DNA of 26,445 nucleotides from a virus: UHGV virus genome UHGV-0139945; one strand, 5' to 3'. Shown piece by piece: positions 23,696 to 26,445 of this stretch (position 1 is its first letter; each line of letters starts with the position of its first letter). The notes under the pieces were generated by a model. It saw only the letters and a program-made list of their open reading frames with translations, ran no database searches and was not told where the DNA came from. The position numbers and the translations under genes were made by a program.

Positions 23696-25429
23696 ATGGC
23701 AAATTCAATAACCAAACTAAAAAAAATAAATGTAGTAAAATTCCGAGGTCTAAAAGATATAAATATAGAATTTGGCTCTCGCCTAACTGTTATTTGCGGT
23801 AAAAATGGCACGTCTAAATCAACTATCCTTGGTATTATCGCTCAAATTTTTAGTTTTTCAAAAGACTTGTCCAAGAACCCTGAGGTGGATTTAACCCAAT
23901 ATAAGACATTAACAAATGGCAGCTTCAAGTCAGCTTTCAATGAACATTTTAGACTTTCAGAACAGTTTGATACTGCCGGTTCAATGGAAGTAAAGATCAG
24001 TGTCTATGATGGTGCATCTAACAAACATCTTGAAAAACTAACTTTGGGTCTGTACAGCTCCGTTGACAGAGCAAAATCAAGACCAATAGTCAGGGGTAAC
24101 GATGCTATACCAGGGAAAAATCAAAGTAGAAACGTTACCCATCCTGTAATTTTTTTAAGCTTAGCCAGACTCCTTCCGATTACTCTTAGGACTGATTACT
24201 CGACAAGGGATGTACAGTATATTGCTGAGAACTCTGATGACATAAGAATAATGAGCAATCAACTTTTACTTAAAAACAATGGATGTTCCGTGACAGCTAC
24301 AAAAGGTACTATCGATTCAATGGTCGTACATGGTGATAATTATGATCATCAATCAGTATCTGTCGGCGAAGATAATGTAGGTCAATTAATTCAAGCATTT
24401 TTTTCATTTAAACGATTGAAGGAAATTTATGCTGATTATCATGGTGGGATATTATTAATTGATGAGGCAGATGCTGGTCTTTTTCCTGCGGCCCAATTAG
24501 AACTTATTAACATCCTCGCAAAAGCAGCTAAAAAATATGATTTGCAAATAATCATGACTTCACATTCCCCATTGATAATAGAAGATATATACAATCGATC
24601 TAAACAAGACAATAATGCTTTCAAGACAATATATCTTACAGATACCTATGGAGGCATTAAAACAAAAGATAATCTTTCATGGGCTGATATCAACGCTGAC
24701 TTGCATGTTGAAACTGTAAAAATAAATGATGACATTAGTCTTCCAAAAGCTAATGTTTATTTTGAAGATAAAGAAGGCTTCGATTTCTTCAAACAATTGA
24801 TAACGGACAGAAAAATAAACAAAATATTGAACCCACTGGGAAACATCAATATCAGCTGTACTGCTATACTGGATTTAATGGCGAGGAAAATCCCTGAGTT
24901 TACAATTAAAAGCTTGGTAGTCTTAGACGGTGATGTTGCTAATGATAATAGTGACAATGCGAAGAAAGCAAAGAAAGAGAAAAGCTTATGCTTACTTCCA
25001 AACGCCCTTCCTCCAGACCAAATGATTTTTGAATTCTTATACAACTTACCTCCTGATGATAAATATTGGAACAATCAAAATAGATTTACAAAAGCTGTTT
25101 TTTTTAAAATAGCAAAAGATATAATCACAACACTAAAAATAGGAAATCATTCTTTTAACTTACAAACCTCGATAGATAATTATAAGAAAACAAACAAAAA
25201 TTATGGTGGAGTGGTTAGAAAGCTATTTAAAGACTTCGCCCATACTCCTGAGTTCCTAGCACAAGTTAAAGGGCGTGTTAAAGATCATCCCTATCGATAT
25301 TGGGTCGAGAAACACCCTGTAGAGTCCGATAATTTCAAGCATGAATTAATCAAAAATCTTAAAATTATTATGACAAATGGACATGGTGTTGACTCTGCTA
25401 CTATCACTTCGTATCTGTCTGGCAACTGA
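23696..25429 (+). CDS. OLD/GajA-like ABC-type ATPase with C-terminal TOPRIM-like domain, 578 aa
   Basis: Start taken at MANSITKLKKINVVKFRGLKDINIEF; Walker A GKNGTSKST, Walker B LLIDEADAGLF, H-loop TSHSP; C-terminal EG..D (YFEDKEGFDFF) and DxD (VVLDGDV) about 50 aa apart as in TOPRIM; AT-rich codon usage unlike the prophage. Confidence 0.75.
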   Translation: MANSITKLKKINVVKFRGLKDINIEFGSRLTVICGKNGTSKSTILGIIAQIFSFSKDLSKNPEVDLTQYKTLTNGSFKSAFNEHFRLSEQFDTAGSMEVKISVYDGASNKHLEKLTLGLYSSVDRAKSRPIVRGNDAIPGKNQSRNVTHPVIFLSLARLLPITLRTDYSTRDVQYIAENSDDIRIMSNQLLLKNNGCSVTATKGTIDSMVVHGDNYDHQSVSVGEDNVGQLIQAFFSFKRLKEIYADYHGGILLIDEADAGLFPAAQLELINILAKAAKKYDLQIIMTSHSPLIIEDIYNRSKQDNNAFKTIYLTDTYGGIKTKDNLSWADINADLHVETVKINDDISLPKANVYFEDKEGFDFFKQLITDRKINKILNPLGNINISCTAILDLMARKIPEFTIKSLVVLDGDVANDNSDNAKKAKKEKSLCLLPNALPPDQMIFEFLYNLPPDDKYWNNQNRFTKAVFFKIAKDIITTLKIGNHSFNLQTSIDNYKKTNKNYGGVVRKLFKDFAHTPEFLAQVKGRVKDHPYRYWVEKHPVESDNFKHELIKNLKIIMTNGHGVDSATITSYLSGN

Positions 25430-25441
25430 TTGATTGAAAAG

Positions 25442-25474
25442 GGCTTTATATGATGGCCATAAAGCCTTTTTTTT
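25442..25474 (+). terminator. Rho-independent terminator after the ATPase gene
   Basis: GGCTTTAT (25442-25449) / ATAAAGCC (25459-25466) 8-bp stem, 9-nt loop, then T8 (25467-25474). Confidence 0.5.
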
Positions 25475-25508
25475 GATATACTTTAGACCTGACATTTAGA
25501 GGTATCAT

Positions 25509-26390
25509 ATGCGTTTTAACACCCCACTTCGTTATCCTGGCGGCAAAGGCAAGCTTTCAAATTTCATGCTTCGGATTATTGAAGATAATAAGCTTTCGCC
25601 TATACATTATGCAGAGCCATACGCTGGGGGGGCTGGTTTAGCGCTGAAGCTTTTACACTTAAATGTAGCTGAAAAAATCATTCTTAATGATATTAATATC
25701 TCTGTTTATGCTTTTTGGCACAGTGTATTAAATAATGCAGATCATCTGTGTGCTTTAATTGAAGAAACTGAAGTCACAATGGATGAGTGGTTCAAACAGA
25801 AAGAAATAATTAATAATCCAAAAGACCATGATATGCTAACAATTGGTTTTTCTACCTTCTTTCTTAATAGAACAAATCGTTCTGGAATATTAAAAGGCGG
25901 TGTAATTGGTGGTAAACACCAAGAAGGACAATGGAAACTTGATGCTCGCTATAATAAGAGTGATTTAATTTCTCGGATCCAGAAAATATCAAAAAACCGT
26001 GAAAAAATAGATTTGTATAACATGGATGCAATTGATTTCATAAAAAAGATAGTTGTTCAACTGCCTATGAAATCATTAACATATTTAGATCCGCCATATT
26101 ACATAAAAGGTAAGGGATTATATATCAATCATTATGAACATAGTGACCATGTTAATGTTGCAAAAGTAGTGCAGAATGATATTAAAACACCATGGATTGT
26201 TTCTTACGATAACACTCCTGAGATCCAAAGTATGTATAAGGCATCATCATTAGTGTATGGAATAAACTACAGTGCTCAAGATCGATATAAGGGCTCAGAA
26301 GTGATGTTCTTCAGTAAACGATTGAAGGTCTTTAAAACCGATGATCCAACTAAGGTAAAAGCACCCACCATTAAAAATGCTATGAGCTAG
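25509..26390 (+). CDS. Dam-family (D12-class) DNA N6-adenine methyltransferase, 293 aa
   Basis: RYPGGK near the N-terminus, AdoMet motif EPYAGGAGL and catalytic DPPY (LDPPYYIKG), motif order as in E. coli Dam / M.DpnII-type enzymes; RBS AGAGG 7 nt upstream; low GC. Confidence 0.85.
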   Translation: MRFNTPLRYPGGKGKLSNFMLRIIEDNKLSPIHYAEPYAGGAGLALKLLHLNVAEKIILNDINISVYAFWHSVLNNADHLCALIEETEVTMDEWFKQKEIINNPKDHDMLTIGFSTFFLNRTNRSGILKGGVIGGKHQEGQWKLDARYNKSDLISRIQKISKNREKIDLYNMDAIDFIKKIVVQLPMKSLTYLDPPYYIKGKGLYINHYEHSDHVNVAKVVQNDIKTPWIVSYDNTPEIQSMYKASSLVYGINYSAQDRYKGSEVMFFSKRLKVFKTDDPTKVKAPTIKNAMS

Positions 26391-26445
26391 ACGACTACCC
26401 CAAGACAGAAAAAGCGCCGTAAAAGAGCCGCAGTAAAGTCACTTT

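Noticed and set aside
24439-25074. Minus-strand ORFs 24439-24624 and 24757-25074 inside the ATPase gene
   Set aside because: Low-complexity Lys/Phe/Ser-rich products typical of antisense frames in AT-rich DNA; the sense frame encodes clear Walker motifs.
1-26445. CRISPR arrays, rRNA genes, IS elements or transposases
   Set aside because: No regularly spaced direct repeats, no rRNA-like sequence, and no transposase-like ORF or terminal inverted repeats; the only recombinase is the phage integrase.

Overview
This window is most of the regulatory, early and late-proximal part of an enterobacterial lambdoid, cos-type prophage (GC roughly 50-55%), followed by a sharply lower-GC islet after the integrase gene. 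All calls are from reading the sequence and the ORF track; no searches were run, so family names are recollection and coordinates of motifs are hand-counted. Layout: (a) 1-4110, minus strand: portal (runs off the window), gpW-like, terminase large and small subunits, and a lambda-like cosN. (b) 4300-8470, minus: a right-end moron (61-aa ORF, BamE-like lipoprotein, 80-aa ORF) and a lysis cassette (S-like holin, GH108-type endolysin, LysA-like membrane protein, overlapping spanins), preceded by a 64-aa ORF and a beta-class DNA methyltransferase. (c) 8470-13560, minus: Q-like antiterminator with a tR'-like terminator, a DUF968-like protein, a 656-aa C5-cytosine methyltransferase with tandem repeats, and a phage-type N6-adenine methyltransferase. 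(d) 13555-16300, minus: replication initiator with internal iteron-like repeats, Rha/KilAC antirepressor, CII-like protein, Cro/YdaS-like protein. (e) 16401-17027, plus: CI-type repressor (HTH + S24 peptidase). (f) 17080-18297: a repressor-controlled promoter followed by about 1.2 kb with no convincing ORF, containing two tRNA T-arm-like hairpins and a terminator-like hairpin. (g) 18298-23638, plus: early-left operon (YfdP/YfdQ/YfdR-like module, several small acidic proteins, excisionase, tyrosine integrase). (h) 23640-26445, plus: low-GC islet encoding an OLD/GajA-like ABC-ATPase with a TOPRIM-like C-terminus and a Dam-family methyltransferase. That islet is the best candidate for an undescribed defence or restriction-like system, with the ORF-poor structured leader as the second most interesting region. 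Genes are tightly packed with many ATGA/GTGA/TGATG start-stop overlaps.
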